A DNA stretch of 64,000 nucleotides from Mustelus asterias (taxonomy: Eukaryota), in the NCBI RefSeq assembly GCF_964213995.1, contig NC_135813.1:81034001-81098000 (forward strand), read 5' to 3'. The notes under the pieces are model-generated. The model ran no database searches and had not been told where the DNA came from. It saw nothing but the letters and a program-made list of their open reading frames with translations. The translations under genes and the position numbers were made by a program. Shown piece by piece: positions 52,401 to 61,215 of this stretch. Position 1 is the stretch's first letter. The number at the start of each line of letters is the position of its first letter.

Positions 52401-55400
52401 CATGCGCGCATCTCCCAACCCAACCCAACAAAGAATTAGCGGGTCGCAATGGGAGAATCGCTCCCTGCATGTCTGGGGTTAACTGTCATTCGTGTTTCTC
52501 TGAAACTTTAGCCAGGGACTGTCAGGATTCCAATTCCCAGCTAAATAAAAGCAAATTACTGCGGATGCTGGAATCTGAAACCAAAAGAGAAAATGCTGGA
52601 AAATCTCAGCAGGTCTGGCAGTATCTGTAAGGAGAGAAAAGAGCTGGCGTTTGGAGTCCAGATGACCCTTTGTCAGCTTTGATCCCTGGGACCTGATGAA
52701 GTGTATCCCAGGACATTGTGGGAGGCTAGGGAGGAAATTGCGGGTCCTCTTGCCGAGATATTTGAATCATCGATAGTCACAGGTGAGGTGCCTGAAGATT
52801 GGAGAGTGGCAAATGTTGTGCCGTTGTTTAAAAAGGGCTGCAGGGAAAAGCATGGGAACTACAGGCTAGTGAGCCTCACATCTGTGGTGGGTAAATTGTT
52901 GGAAGGTATTTTGAGAGTCAGGAGCTACAGGCATTTAGAGACGTAAGGGCTGATTAGGGACAGTCAGCATGACTTTGTGAGTGGAAAATCATGTCTCACA
53001 AATTTAATTGAGTTTTTTGAAGGAGTAACCACGAAGGTAGATGAGGGCAGTGCAGTTAATGTTGTCTATATGGACTTTAGCAAGGCCTTTGACAAGATAC
53101 CGCATGGTAGGTTGTTGCGTCAGATTAAATCTCACGGGATCCAGGGTGAAGTATCTAAATGGATACAAAATTGGCTTCTTGACAGACGCCAAAGGGTGCT
53201 TGTAGAGGGTTGTTTTTCAAACTGGAGGCCTGTGACCAGTGGTGTGCCTCAGGGATCAGTGCTGGGTCCACTGTTATTTGTCATTTATATTAATGATTTG
53301 GATGAGAATGTAGGAGGCATGGTTAGTAAGTTTGCAGATGACACTAAGATTGGTGGCATAGTGGACAGTTATCTCCAATTGCAACGGGATCTTGATCAAT
53401 TGGGCCAATGGGCTGACGAATGGCAGATGGAGTTTAATTTAGACAAATGCGAGGTGATGCATTTTGGTAGATTGAACCAGGGCAGGACTTACTCAGTTAA
53501 TGGTAGGGCGTTGGGGAGAGTTACAGAAAAAAGAGACCTAGGGGTACATGTTCATAGCTCCTTGAAAGTGGAGTCACAGGTAGACAAAGTGGTGAAGAAG
53601 GCATTCGGCATGCTCAGTTTCATCGGTCAGAACATTGAATACAGGAGTTGGTACGTCTTGTTGAAGTTGTACAAGACATTGGTAAGGCCAATGTTCTGGT
53701 CACCCTGTTATAGAAAGGATATTATTAAACTAGAAAAAGTGCAGAAAAGGTTTACTAGGATGCTATCCGGACTTGATGGTTTGAGTTAAAAGGAGAGGCT
53801 GGATAGACTGGGACTTTTTTCTCTGGAGCATAGAAGGCTGAGGGGTGACCTTATAGAGGTCTATAAAATAATGAGGGTACAGATCAGCTAGATGGTCAAT
53901 ATCTTTTCCCAAAGGTAGGAGAGTCTAAAACTAGAGGACATAGGTTTAAGGTGAGAGGGGAGAGATACAAAAGTATCCAGAGGGGCATTTTTTTCACACT
54001 GAGGGTGGTGAGTGTCTGGAACAAGCTGCCAGAGGTAATAGTAGAGGCGGGTACAATTTTGTCTTTTAAAAAGCATTTAGATAGTTACATGGGTACGATG
54101 GGTATAGAGCGATATGGGCCAAATGTGGGCAATTGGGATTAGCTTCGGAGTTTTAAAAAAAAGGGTGGCATGGACAAGTTGGGCCGAAGGGCCTGTTTCC
54201 ATGCTGTAAACCTCTATGACTCTGGCTCCTGAAGGTGTTGAACATGTGGCCCTTTTCCAGTAAAGGGGAACTGACTGATGTTTGTAATTTTTCCTGCAAC
54301 TCCTTTTGATTTGATTTATTATTGTCACATATTTTAGTATACAGTGAAAAGTATTGTTTCTTGCACGCTACAGAGAAAAAGCATACCGTACATAGAGAGG
54401 GAAAGGAGAGGGTCGTATTACAGTCATAGCTCGGGTGTTGAGAAAGATCAACTTAATATTTGATTTGATTTATTATTGTCACATGTATTAACATACAGTG
54501 AAAAGTATTGTTTCTTGTGCGTTATACAGACAAAACATACCTTTCATAGAGAAGGAAACGAGAGAATGCAGAATGTAATTTTGAAGTCATAGCTAGGGTG
54601 TCGAGCAAGACCTACTTAATGCAAGTAGGTCCATTCAAAAGTCTGATGTCAGCAGGGAAGAAGCTGTTCTTGAGTCAGTTGGTACATGACCTCAGACTTT
54701 TGTATCTTTTTCCTGACGGAAGAAAGTGGAAAAGAGTATGTCTGGGGTGTGTGGGGTCCTTGATTATGCTGGCTACTTTTCCGAGGCAGCAGGAGGTGTA
54801 GACAGTGTCAATGGATGGGAGGCTGGTTTGCGTGATAGACGGGGCTTCATTCACGGCCCTTTGTAGTTTCTTGCGATCTTGGGCAGAGCAGGAGCCATAT
54901 CAAGTTGTGATACAATCAGAAAGAATGCTTTCGCTGTTGCATCTGTAAAAGTTGGTGAGAGCTATAGCAGACATGCCAAGTTTCCTTAGTCTTCTGAGAA
55001 AGTAGAGGCGTTGGTGGGCTTTCTTAACTATAGCGTCAGCATGGAGGGACCAGGGCAGGTTGTTGGTGATCTGGACACCTAAAAACTTGAAGCTTTCGAC
55101 CATTCTCTTCGTCCCCGTTGTTGTAGACAGGGGCATGTTCTCCTCTATGCTTCCTGAAGTCAATGACTATCTTCTTCGTTTGTTGACATTGAGGGAGAGA
55201 TTATTGTCTTCGCACCAGTTCACCAGATTCTCCATCTCTTTCCTGTACTCTGTCTCATCATTGTTTGAGATCCGACCCACTACGGTGGTGTCATCAGTAA
55301 ACTTAAAAATTGAGTTGGAGGGGAATTTGGCCACACAGTCCTCGGTGTATAGTAAGCTGTGTGCAAAGGTTTAACTTGAACAATATCACACATGTGCAGC

Positions 55401-58400
55401 ATTGTAATGAACTGTGAACTGCATTTGCCTCTTTTTGTTGATGCATGAAACCATGTATCCTGTCTCTCCTTCAGACAACCACAAGCTAATTTTGAAATTT
55501 TTCAATATCTGCATTCCAACCTACGTTTGTTTCCTCTTCAGAGCTGAAATCTAGAGCAAATGTTGACTTGTATCAACAGAACAGATTCCTGATCCCTCCA
55601 GTAAAGTTCTCTCATTTATGATTTTTCTCAGTGAGAAAAATTACAAAGCTAGGGCCAGATTTTATTAATTTAGAGCAGAAAATAAACATTGTTCCCATTT
55701 GAAACAGTTCCTTTGGTGATACATTCCTAAGTTACTATATTCTGAATATAAACATTTAGAATATAACTTGAAGCTTAGGTGGTCTTTCACATTCAGACTT
55801 TTTAAGATCACAGGTTATTGTAGGTAGAATAATGTTTGTTTATGCCATTATTTAAAGAACTTGGGACAAGTCCTAATTAAGAACATAAGAACATAAGAAA
55901 TAGGAGCAGGAGTAGGCCATCTAGCCCCTCGAGCCTGCCCCGCCATTCAACAAGATCATGGCTGATCTGAAGCGAATCAGTTCCACTTACCCGCCTGCTT
56001 CCCATATCCCTTAATTCCCTTATCGATCAGAAATCTATCTACCCGTGATTTAAACATATTCTACGAGGTAGCCTCCACCACTTCAATGGGCAGAGAATTC
56101 CAGAGATTCACTACTCTTTCAGAGAAGAAGTTCCCCCTCAACTCTGTTCTGAACCGGCCCCCACTTATTTTGAGGCTGTGCCCTCTAGTTTTGGTTTCCC
56201 TTCTAAGTGGAAAGAATCTCTCTACCTCTACCCTATCCAGCCCCTTCATTATCTTATAGGTCTCTATAAGATCACCCCTCAGCCTTCTAAACTCCAACGA
56301 GTACAGACCCAATCTGTTCAATCTCTCCTCATAAGCTACACCCTTCATCTCCGGTATCAACCTGGTGAACCTTCTCTGCACTCCCTCCAAGGCCAATATA
56401 TCCTTTCGCAAATAAGGGGACCAAAACTGCACACAGTACTCCAGTTGCGGCCTCTCCAGTGCCTTGTATAGTTGCAGCAAGACCTCCCTCCTTTTATATT
56501 CTATCCCCCTCGTGATAAAGGCCAACATTCCATTCGCCTTCTTGATCACCTGCTGCACCTGCAGACTGAGTTTTTGTGATTCGTGCACAAGGACCCCCAG
56601 GTCCCTCTGCACAGTAGCATGATGTAATTTTTCTCTATTTAAATAATATTCCAATTTACTATTATTTATTCCAAAGTGGATAACCTCACATTTGCCAACG
56701 TTATATTCCATCTGCCAGATCCACGCCCACTCGCTCAGCCTATCCAAATCTCTCTGCAGACTTTCCGCGTCCTCCACGCAATTCGCTTTCCCACTCATCT
56801 TCGTGTCATCAGCAAACTTTGATACCCTACACTCAGTCCCCTCCTCCACATCATCTATGTAAATGGTAAACAGTTGAGGCCCCAGCACCGATCCCTCTAG
56901 CACGCCACTGGTCACCAGCTGCCAACCAGAAAAGCACCCATTTATTCCAACTCTCTGCTTCCTGTTCGATAGTCAATCCCCAATCCACGCCAACACCTTA
57001 CCCCCAACTCCGTGTACCCCAATCTTCTGCAGCAATCTTTTGTGAGGCACCTTATCGAATGTCTTCTGGAAATCTAAAAACACCACATCCACCGGTCCCC
57101 CTCTGTCAACCGCACTAGTCACATCTTCATAAAAATCCAGTAAATTCGTCAAACACGACTTTCCCTTCATGAATCCATGCTGCGTCTGCTTGATCGAACC
57201 ATTCTTATCCAGGTGCTCTGCTATTTCCTCTTTAATGATGGACTCCAGCATCTTCCCAACTACGGACGTTAAGCTAACCGGCCTGCAGTTACCCGCCTTT
57301 TGTCTACTTCCTTTTTTAAACAGCGGCGTAACAGTAGCTGTTTTCCAATCAGCCGGCACTACCCCAGAGTCCAGCGAATTTTGATAAATAACTACTAACG
57401 CATCTGCGATTACCTCAGCCATTTCTTTCAGTATGAATTGCAAAAATTGTTTGATCATAATTATTTTGATTTAGTTTTATGTTTTTTGTGACTTCCCTGA
57501 GTTGTTCTCTTAATGTGTTACCAAAAACAGCCTTTTCCATCATCCTGATGACAATCGTATTCCTACAAAAACTCCTCCTGATGATGTTGCAAGACGCAAG
57601 TGGCTGACTCCAGGTTCTGACTATTCCATATTCACTGGGCAACCCTTAGAAAGTGACAGCAATGCTTCTAGCAATGAATTTGAGGAGATTCACCTGCAGC
57701 CTAGAAGGTCAGCTGAACATCCTTATGTCAGCCATTCTCTCTGCTTTATTTGCTGTTGACATTTAACCCAAAGAATATTTTAAAGTGATCCAGTAACATA
57801 CCTTACCATATTTTATCATTTCATATTGTGTTTTTTAAGAGACTTGTAGATATCCTATGGCATAGTTCAGAGTAAGTATGATACAACATGTGTAAGGCTT
57901 GTCCAACCTTTTCACTCGAGGGGCCACATTTGCATTTTTTCCCATTAAGGGACTGATGAACATATTTCGGAAAGATAACATTTGGCACAAACTGAATTTC
58001 AAAAAGAATTGAGGTATTAAGTGTTATAGTGGGTACACTAAGGATCTTCTTTTCAATATGTTTATTGACATCTTTAGTAATTGTGAGCATACACAATTCA
58101 TCAATAGCACGGGTTATTATTGTAGCCACGAGGAACTGACACCAGGTTCTATGTTCATGTTGTACTGTTTATTTTATATTTTTGTAAGTAAAGAAGATTA
58201 AGCATTAAAATGCGTTTGTCTACCGTTGTTAAGTTACCACATCTTTCTGGCCAAATGCGCGCACTCAATCACTGCCACACCCACACATGCTACACACCTA
58301 CATATTCAGTCACTGCCACATACGCATGCACACACATGAGCACCAACACTCACACTCACTCGCTCAAGATCACATGTACATCCACACTTGTCACTGCTAC

Positions 58401-61215
58401 AAATACACAGACATACTCATACTGAACAGAATTGTTACACTCTTCCAAGACCCTAGGGTGGGCCCATTAGTTTTCTCTAGAACATTTCTCTTGTAGTTTT
58501 GTTTCAAGTTCTTCCTTTTCTTTGCCCTTGATTTTCACCTATTATGTATTGGGATGCTTTTTGTGTTTTCTTAAAGACAGATGCAAAATACTTGTTCAAA
58601 GCCTCTGCCAATTTCTTGTTTCCAATTATTAATTCCCTAGTCTCAGCTCCTAAGGGACAAATGTTTTGTTTGTCTAGTTTCTTCAATTTTTAATATATTA
58701 TTTCTCCCTTTTTTGTTATTGCTAGTTTCTAAAACCTTCCCAATCTCGACAGCATTGGACACCTTTCAATTTGATATCATTCTTAACTTCCCTGGTTATC
58801 CACAAGTGGTCCATCCTTCTTGTAGCATCTTTCTTTTCAATGGAATTTAACTTTGTTGAGAGGTATGAAATATCTCCTTAAATCTATGTCCTTCCTTCTC
58901 TACCTTTTTAATCTACTCTCCCGGTTCACTGCAGCTGATTTTGTCTACATATCCTTGTAATTCCCTTCATTTAAGACACTTGTTTCAGACCCAAGTTTCT
59001 CATTGTCAAACTGAATATGCTATTCTATCATGCTATAATCACTCTTGGGCTGCATATCAGTGGCATCCAATATTCAGTACTGACTTTCTGATGAAGATAG
59101 TGACATGTAACTTGCGGCACAACCTAAACATAATATTTGGAAATTTTCCTGTTTCCCTGTGCCTCATATAACTAGATGACTCTTCATGGTCTTGTCAAAC
59201 CTTTGGCAGAAAGTGTATGGAAATATCAAGTCTCTCTGTTCCTATTCTTCTTCCCAAAATGTAGCAGTTTACATTTCTCTGCAATTTTTTTTGCCCATTT
59301 CACCAATCTATGTCCTCCTAAAGTCTGTCACCATCTTCCTGAACTGCGAACTTTGAAACTGTGCTTTCTATATCCAAGTCTAGTTCATTATATCAAAAAT
59401 GCTTTAAAAAGTATCAAGTGATTGGAAATGTCCTCAAGTATTAAAGATCTTCTATAAATGCCAGTTCTGTGTATATTCTTTGAAACCTCAAAGTAAAATA
59501 GATTGCCCTGTAATTGAAAGGGAATTACTAATTGACTACCAAATATATTACATTTTGTTATTTTATGCCTACGCTCAGGCTCACAAAATTACTGTATCTT
59601 CTGATTGTTGTCTCTGTTCTCATGGAAGAAGTGTGAATTGGCAATATGTGGAACTGAGCTCTGGATCTGATTAAGTATTTGTTGTTTGGAAATGGTGGAT
59701 TGTTATGGTCAGCTTTAATCAAGGTTGGGACCCACTAATTTGGGATTTTACGGCCATCCTTACAGTGTAAATTCAAGGTCTAACTTGGTTGGGTAAGCAG
59801 TGATATTCAGCCCAATCCTCCAAAGTTTCTCAGCATTGATGCATACTGAACTGTCAACCTTTTGAACTAATTTTTAGTTCAGCTGTTCTATTATCACTGT
59901 TGTCCTGGGTCAGTTCTTTGAAAAGAACTGATTAATGAAGGTAGAATTTATAGCAACGCCAACAACTGTTCAGGATATCTTGCGAGCTTATGTTTTAAAT
60001 ACGTTAAACCAACTTCATGTATAAATGTATTGAATCGTCTTTCCTTTTGCCTACTAGTAGCATTTTAAAGTTTTATTTGTTAAAAATTGAACAAGTTGCA
60101 GCAGGGTTTTGGTTTAGCATTGAAGTTTGCAGAACTAGGTATTGCAGTGGAACGAGATTTAAAGGTTTGTAAAGCACAATGTGATTTGGCACAAAAAGGG
60201 CACTCATTGTTTACCCGGCATAAACTAGAGAAACCAACTAATCATAATGGGTTATTCATTGCAAAAAATGGCTCCTTGTGTTGCATCAAATATATAATGG
60301 AGCCATTGGACATGATGTCTGTACCATAACACTTCCTAATACAAAAGTGAATTCACTTGGTGCTATGAATAGAAACAGATTATATCATGAAAGATAGTTG
60401 AAAAGTTGCAAGTTGGATGTAATATTTTATTCTAAACTAGTTGATTGCATATGGGAAGTCCAGATCCATCATAGCCTTCAGATGAGGGGCGGTTGGAGAA
60501 TTGGATATAATTTAGACTAATTTTACAGTGATATATTTTATATTTCCATCATTAATTCTTGTATTGAGAATTATAATAAACGTATGCCAACTTATCTTGC
60601 TATAGTTGTGATCTCCTATTCATGACAGCACCATTGGTCTCCGCAAACAGTCCCCACCACCACTGGTGAGAGAGTGTCATTACAAGCTGACAAATTTACA
60701 TCCGCAGTTTCTGTTATAAATGCGGACATAGGAATTTATAATGGCAAAAAAATCGACAAACTGCACATAGACTTCAGTTTTAACATGTGTACAATGGGAA
60801 CTAAGCTGTTTGGCTGCAGTCAGTTAAACTTTTTCTTTGCCCTTTGTTCTCAGTTATTTCACTAACTCCAGGAAGCTTTCCAGAAACCTTGACTTGTGGT
60901 ATAAATATTATTGTATTAATTTAAAATAAAGGTTAATAGTTTTGTGTTAGTTTTAACTTTCAGATATGGCAGAAGGCTTGCAGTGCCACAGACAGTTCTT
61001 AGAAATAAACCCTTTTTCTCTTGCTAATTTGATTAGGTTCCATTCACCCCCAGAGAAGGATCGCTCCTGCACTCAGCAAGATCCTTCAAATGATTTAGAG
61101 GAACCAATTCCTCCTATTCTGAAAGCATTACAAAAGCTTGATGCCAGAAATGTGTCTGAAAGCTGGGGAGCACAAACACCAACACATGAGGCCTCCGAAG
61201 TTGGCGATGGTACAA
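1373..61215 (+). CDS. MPHOSPH9: M-phase phosphoprotein 9 orthologue, partial multi-exon gene (13 internal coding exons in window)
   Basis: The spliced exons translate in consistent phase into motifs I recognise from vertebrate MPHOSPH9: [112 protein letters not shown]. Order is collinear with the human protein as recalled. Confidence 0.93.
2844..3322. mobile_element. Older MITE of the same group
   Basis: Right end CAGCACTTAGAATGTTTTTGGTAAGATTGTCCCC is the reverse complement of the 51695 left end with few mismatches. Confidence 0.6.
3357..3660 (-). mobile_element. tRNA-derived V-SINE (HE1-like), tail type B
   Basis: tRNA head with A/B boxes, V-domain TGCACGTTCTCCCCGTGTC..GGTTTCCTCCCACAGTCC, tail ..CTTGTGACACTAATAAATAAACTTT. 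Confidence 0.88.
5727..5817 (+). CDS. MPHOSPH9: MPHOSPH9 exon ([31 protein letters not shown])
   Basis: TTTCAG acceptor, GTAAAT donor at 5818; 91 nt, phase 0 to 1; resembles the human FYLSKPDETPN segment. Confidence 0.82.
6374..7667. mobile_element. Non-autonomous hAT (Charlie-like) DNA transposon
   Basis: TIRs CAGTGGTTCCCAA / TTGGGAATCACTG; degenerate 8-bp TSD CTCTAAAG / CTGTACAG. Confidence 0.75.
8172..9010 (+). mobile_element. Second CR1/L2-group LINE family (YKAQVR-type), 5' half of a split copy
   Basis: [37 protein letters not shown]; the continuation lies at 15690-15897. Confidence 0.8.
9020..9553. mobile_element. Two V-SINEs back to back: minus-strand copy (9020-9283) truncated by the ERV, plus-strand copy (~9287-9551)
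   Basis: V-domain on both strands; the second copy is flanked by direct repeat TCACCTGT (9279-9286, 9552-9559). Confidence 0.82.
9862..11020 (-). mobile_element. CR1 LINE 3' part inserted in the ERV LTR
   Basis: ORFs with [14 protein letters not shown] and [10 protein letters not shown]; (TTCTTTG)n tail; TSD GTGTG at 9857-9861 and 11021-11025. Confidence 0.92.
11313..12756 (-). mobile_element. Penelope-like element, 5'-truncated (RT C-terminus + GIY-YIG endonuclease)
   Basis: Uninterrupted 365-aa ORF 12723-11626 with YIDD, LYRKPTD, a CxxC Zn linker and VYLIRC..YIGET..RMNEH; flanked by direct repeat GTAAACTAC (11304-11312, 12757-12765). Confidence 0.93.
11626..12723 (-). CDS. Penelope pol fragment (RT thumb + GIY-YIG)
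   Basis: Open ORF, see motifs above; lacks the N-terminal RT half, so it is non-autonomous. Confidence 0.75.
   Translation of the reverse strand: MLYTRYIDDIFFLWSHGEQSLKQLYDDINKFHPTIRLTMDYSPESVAFLDTRISIKDGRLSTSLYRKPTDNLMMLHFSSFHPKHVKEDIPYGQALRIHRICSDEEDRNRHLQTLKDALIRTGYGARLIDQQFRCATAKNRTDLLRRQTQDTVDRVPFVIQYFPGAEKLRHLLRSLQHVIDEDEHLAKAIPTPPLLAFKQPHNLKQTIVRSKLPSLQENSDHDTTQPCHSNLCKTCRIIHTDAIISRENTIYQVHGTYSCNSANVVYLIRCRKGCPEAWYIGETMQTLRQRMNEHRSTITRQDCSLPVGEHFSSHGHSALDLQVSVLQGGLHNTRQRRVAEQKLIAKFRTHEDGLNRDVGFMSHYQ
12951..12961 (-). other. Polypurine tract of the ERV-like element
   Basis: AAAAGGAGGGA on the minus strand, one base before the TG that starts the LTR. Confidence 0.75.
13327..15316 (-). 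pseudogene. env: Frameshifted viral envelope (class I fusion glycoprotein) gene
   Basis: Furin site RSKR (14683-14672), fusion peptide [20 protein letters not shown], heptad [21 protein letters not shown], Cys-rich ectodomain ([25 protein letters not shown]), HR2 [22 protein letters not shown], Trp-rich [10 protein letters not shown] helix [18 protein letters not shown], basic stop-transfer RWKKR. About 5-6 frameshifts or stops. Confidence 0.82.
15690..15897 (+). mobile_element. Continuation of the LINE broken at ~9010
   Basis: ACAAAGCAGCCTGCTTGATTGGCACCCC.. follows the segment at 8950-9005 in the intact copy at 49000-49280. Confidence 0.75.
17117..17436 (-). mobile_element. V-SINE (HE1-like), tail type A
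   Basis: Full head, V-domain and ..CACTGTAGGGATTCTATGATT tail. Confidence 0.9.
19295..19617 (-). mobile_element. V-SINE (HE1-like), tail type A
   Basis: Full head, V-domain and type A tail. Confidence 0.9.
21032..21090. repeat. (GT)n/(GTGC)n microsatellite
   Basis: Read directly from the sequence. Confidence 0.95.
21140..22050 (-). mobile_element. CR1 LINE fragment
   Basis: ORF 22076-21516 [26 protein letters not shown]. Confidence 0.9.
22319..22431 (+). CDS. MPHOSPH9: MPHOSPH9 exon ([18 protein letters not shown]...DRCQ)
   Basis: TTTTCCTTTAG acceptor, GTATGT donor; phase 1 to 0; resembles human GLTYWKLEEKDMHHSLP. Confidence 0.85.
23270..24665 (-). mobile_element. Same CR1/L2-group LINE family, decayed copy (further pieces at ~1675-1805, 16670-17510, 45385-45702, 47050-47320)
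   Basis: [30 protein letters not shown]; shared 3' end GGGATGGGCAATAAATGCTGG. Confidence 0.8.
25305..26410 (+). mobile_element. CR1 LINE 3' fragment, with a short opposite-strand CR1 tail at ~25415-25585
   Basis: KFADD at ~25340; ORF 25671 [17 protein letters not shown]. Confidence 0.88.
27125..27250 (+). CDS. MPHOSPH9: MPHOSPH9 exon ([24 protein letters not shown]...SPPQ)
   Basis: TCTTTAG acceptor (an in-frame alternative start at 27149 is possible), CAG|GTAAGA donor; resembles PSLKDIYYKKQRE. Confidence 0.82.
27640..28700 (+). mobile_element. CR1 LINE 3' fragment
   Basis: ORFs 27879 and 28128 ([30 protein letters not shown]); same subfamily as 52680-54222. Confidence 0.9.
29123..29428 (-). 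mobile_element. V-SINE, tail type B
   Basis: Head, V-domain and type B tail. Confidence 0.9.
31095..31582 (+). CDS. MPHOSPH9: MPHOSPH9 large Ser-rich exon ([12 protein letters not shown]...[10 protein letters not shown])
   Basis: AG at 31093-31094, contains ORF 31122-31586, donor GTAAGT at 31583; phase 0 to 2. Confidence 0.9.
31918..32076 (+). CDS. MPHOSPH9: MPHOSPH9 exon ([31 protein letters not shown]...LLKR)
   Basis: TTTCTAG acceptor, AG|GTGATT donor; strongly conserved coiled-coil motif. Confidence 0.93.
32347..33658 (-). mobile_element. Second Penelope-like copy, 5'-truncated and frameshifted
   Basis: ORFs 33659-33069 and 33247-32561 align residue by residue with the 11626-12723 ORF; same terminal CACAACACCAGGTTAAAGTCCAACAGG sequence. 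Confidence 0.92.
32398..32432 (-). ncRNA. Minimal type I hammerhead ribozyme motif in the Penelope terminus
   Basis: CAC-CUGAAGA-A-GGAG(CAACA)CUCC-GAAAGCUU-GUG: intact core, stems I and II, palindromic stem III. Confidence 0.65.
34883..35152 (+). mobile_element. V-SINE, tail type B
   Basis: GCACAGTGGTTAG head, GGTTCGATTCCC B box, type B tail. Confidence 0.88.
35153..37684 (-). mobile_element. Decayed, internally deleted Ty3/Gypsy LTR retrotransposon
   Basis: Minus strand: ~200-bp LTR (37684-37485, TG..CA, AATAAA), degenerate PBS GTGATGATGAGG, gag start MPLSGKLD near 37401, [16 protein letters not shown] (36000-35960), [17 protein letters not shown] connection region, integrase remnant ending TGPVSYEI. 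Confidence 0.85.
38274..38361 (+). CDS. MPHOSPH9: MPHOSPH9 exon ([29 protein letters not shown])
   Basis: TTTTCAG acceptor, GTGGGT donor; phase 2 to 0. Confidence 0.9.
38558..38892 (+). mobile_element. V-SINE, tail type A
   Basis: Head, V-domain and GGGATTCTGTGATTCTA tail. Confidence 0.88.
38925..40350 (+). mobile_element. CR1 3' fragment split by a GC-rich MITE
   Basis: ORF 39041; CR1 sequence resumes at 40174 (GGGTTGTGAATCTTTGG). Confidence 0.8.
39431..40170. mobile_element. GC/CpG-rich MITE (PIF/Harbinger-like)
   Basis: GGG..CC termini, 3-bp TSD CAT inside a CR1 copy; terminal CAGCACTTAGAAT shared with 2844-3322 and 51695-52465. Confidence 0.65.
40313..40482 (+). repeat. Tandem duplication, 2 x 85 bp
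   Basis: 40313-40397 and 40398-40482 differ at one base. Confidence 0.95.
40507..40722 (+). CDS. MPHOSPH9: MPHOSPH9 exon ([11 protein letters not shown]...[28 protein letters not shown])
   Basis: TTAG acceptor, GTGAGT donor; 216 nt; coiled coil; includes ORF 40555. Confidence 0.92.
41073..41120 (+). CDS. MPHOSPH9: MPHOSPH9 exon ([16 protein letters not shown])
   Basis: CCCATTGCAG acceptor, AAG|GTAATT donor; 48 nt. Confidence 0.92.
41256..41320 (+). CDS. MPHOSPH9: MPHOSPH9 exon ([22 protein letters not shown])
   Basis: Long T tract + CTAG acceptor, AG|GTTAGT donor; phase 0 to 2. Confidence 0.92.
42030..42150 (-). mobile_element. Probable DeuSINE (SacSINE1/AmnSINE-like) remnant
   Basis: TGAAAGATGGCACCTGTAACAGTTCAGCACTTGCTCAGTACAGCACTG resembles the reverse complement of the Deu domain as recalled. 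Confidence 0.45.
42498..43622 (-). mobile_element. Rex1/Babar-type LINE 3' part
   Basis: [38 protein letters not shown]; (ATCAA)n tail. Confidence 0.88.
43630..44290 (-). mobile_element. CR1 LINE fragments
   Basis: ORF 44295-44041 ([26 protein letters not shown]). Confidence 0.8.
45903..46158 (+). mobile_element. Rex1 3' end fragment (other short tails at ~4297-4460 and ~40752-40880, minus strand)
   Basis: Reverse complement of the 42498-42780 3' end; ends TTTTCACTGTATACTAATACATGTGACAATAATAAATCAAA. Confidence 0.8.
47376..47480 (+). CDS. MPHOSPH9: MPHOSPH9 exon ([33 protein letters not shown])
   Basis: TATTTCAG acceptor, AG|GTAGGA donor; phase 2 to 2. Confidence 0.9.
47857..48168 (+). mobile_element. 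tRNA-derived SINE sharing its 3' end with the YKAQVR-type LINE (second copy at ~29975-30347, minus strand)
   Basis: GGCACAGTGG..GGTTCGAATTCC boxes; central AAAACCCATCTGGTT..GGAAATCTGCCGTCCTTAC..GTGACTCCAGACCC (recalled as the Meta domain); tail GGGATGGGCAATAAATG. Confidence 0.7.
48196..48516 (-). mobile_element. V-SINE, tail type A
   Basis: Head, V-domain and type A tail. Confidence 0.88.
48715..49525 (+). mobile_element. Same CR1/L2-group LINE family, 3' part
   Basis: [28 protein letters not shown] 49104; 3' end CCCATGAATGAATAAAAAA. Confidence 0.85.
49737..50030 (+). mobile_element. V-SINE, tail type B
   Basis: Head, V-domain and type B tail. Confidence 0.88.
51695..52465. mobile_element. 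GC/CpG-rich MITE (PIF/Harbinger-like)
   Basis: TIRs GGGGCAATTCTCCCA / TGGGAGAATCGCTCCC; no transposase ORF. Confidence 0.7.
52680..54222 (+). mobile_element. CR1 LINE, 5'-truncated RT region
   Basis: ORFs 52701 and 52977-53789 with [41 protein letters not shown]. Confidence 0.94.
54306..55352 (-). mobile_element. Rex1/Babar-type LINE 3' part with a duplicated 3' end
   Basis: ORF 55163-54900; the 3' tail TTTGATTTGATTTATTATTGTCACAT occurs at both 54306 and ~54459. Confidence 0.88.
55880..57432 (-). mobile_element. Young CR1 LINE, 5'-truncated
   Basis: ORFs 57458-56973 and 56915-56061 nearly intact, CpGs retained, (TTCTTATG)n tail at 55880-55900; ends ~100 nt upstream of an exon. Confidence 0.94.
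57531..57707 (+). CDS. MPHOSPH9: MPHOSPH9 exon (LFHHPDD...[21 protein letters not shown]...QPRR)
   Basis: ACAG acceptor at 57529-57530, AG|GTCAGC donor; contains the diagnostic [19 protein letters not shown] motif. Confidence 0.88.
58268..58425. repeat. Degenerate CA-rich low-complexity tract
   Basis: Read directly from the sequence. Confidence 0.7.
61037..61215 (+). CDS. MPHOSPH9: MPHOSPH9 exon (FHSPPEKD...[10 protein letters not shown]...SWGAQT...)
   Basis: GATTAG acceptor; donor GTAAGG at 61216 (alternative GTACAA at 61210, same phase); resembles HRSPLEKD..PIMRALKELD..NWGTQT. Confidence 0.85.

Noticed and set aside
57896-57935. hAT-like terminus (CTTGTCCAACCTTTT..GAGGGCCACAT)
   Set aside because: No matching second TIR or TSD found; too degenerate to annotate.
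60964-61036. Upstream acceptor TTTCAG at 60963 and ORF 60966-61289 as a longer exon or separate gene
   Set aside because: Splicing from 57707 to 60964 is out of frame and hits a stop; the ORF is the true exon plus intronic read-through.
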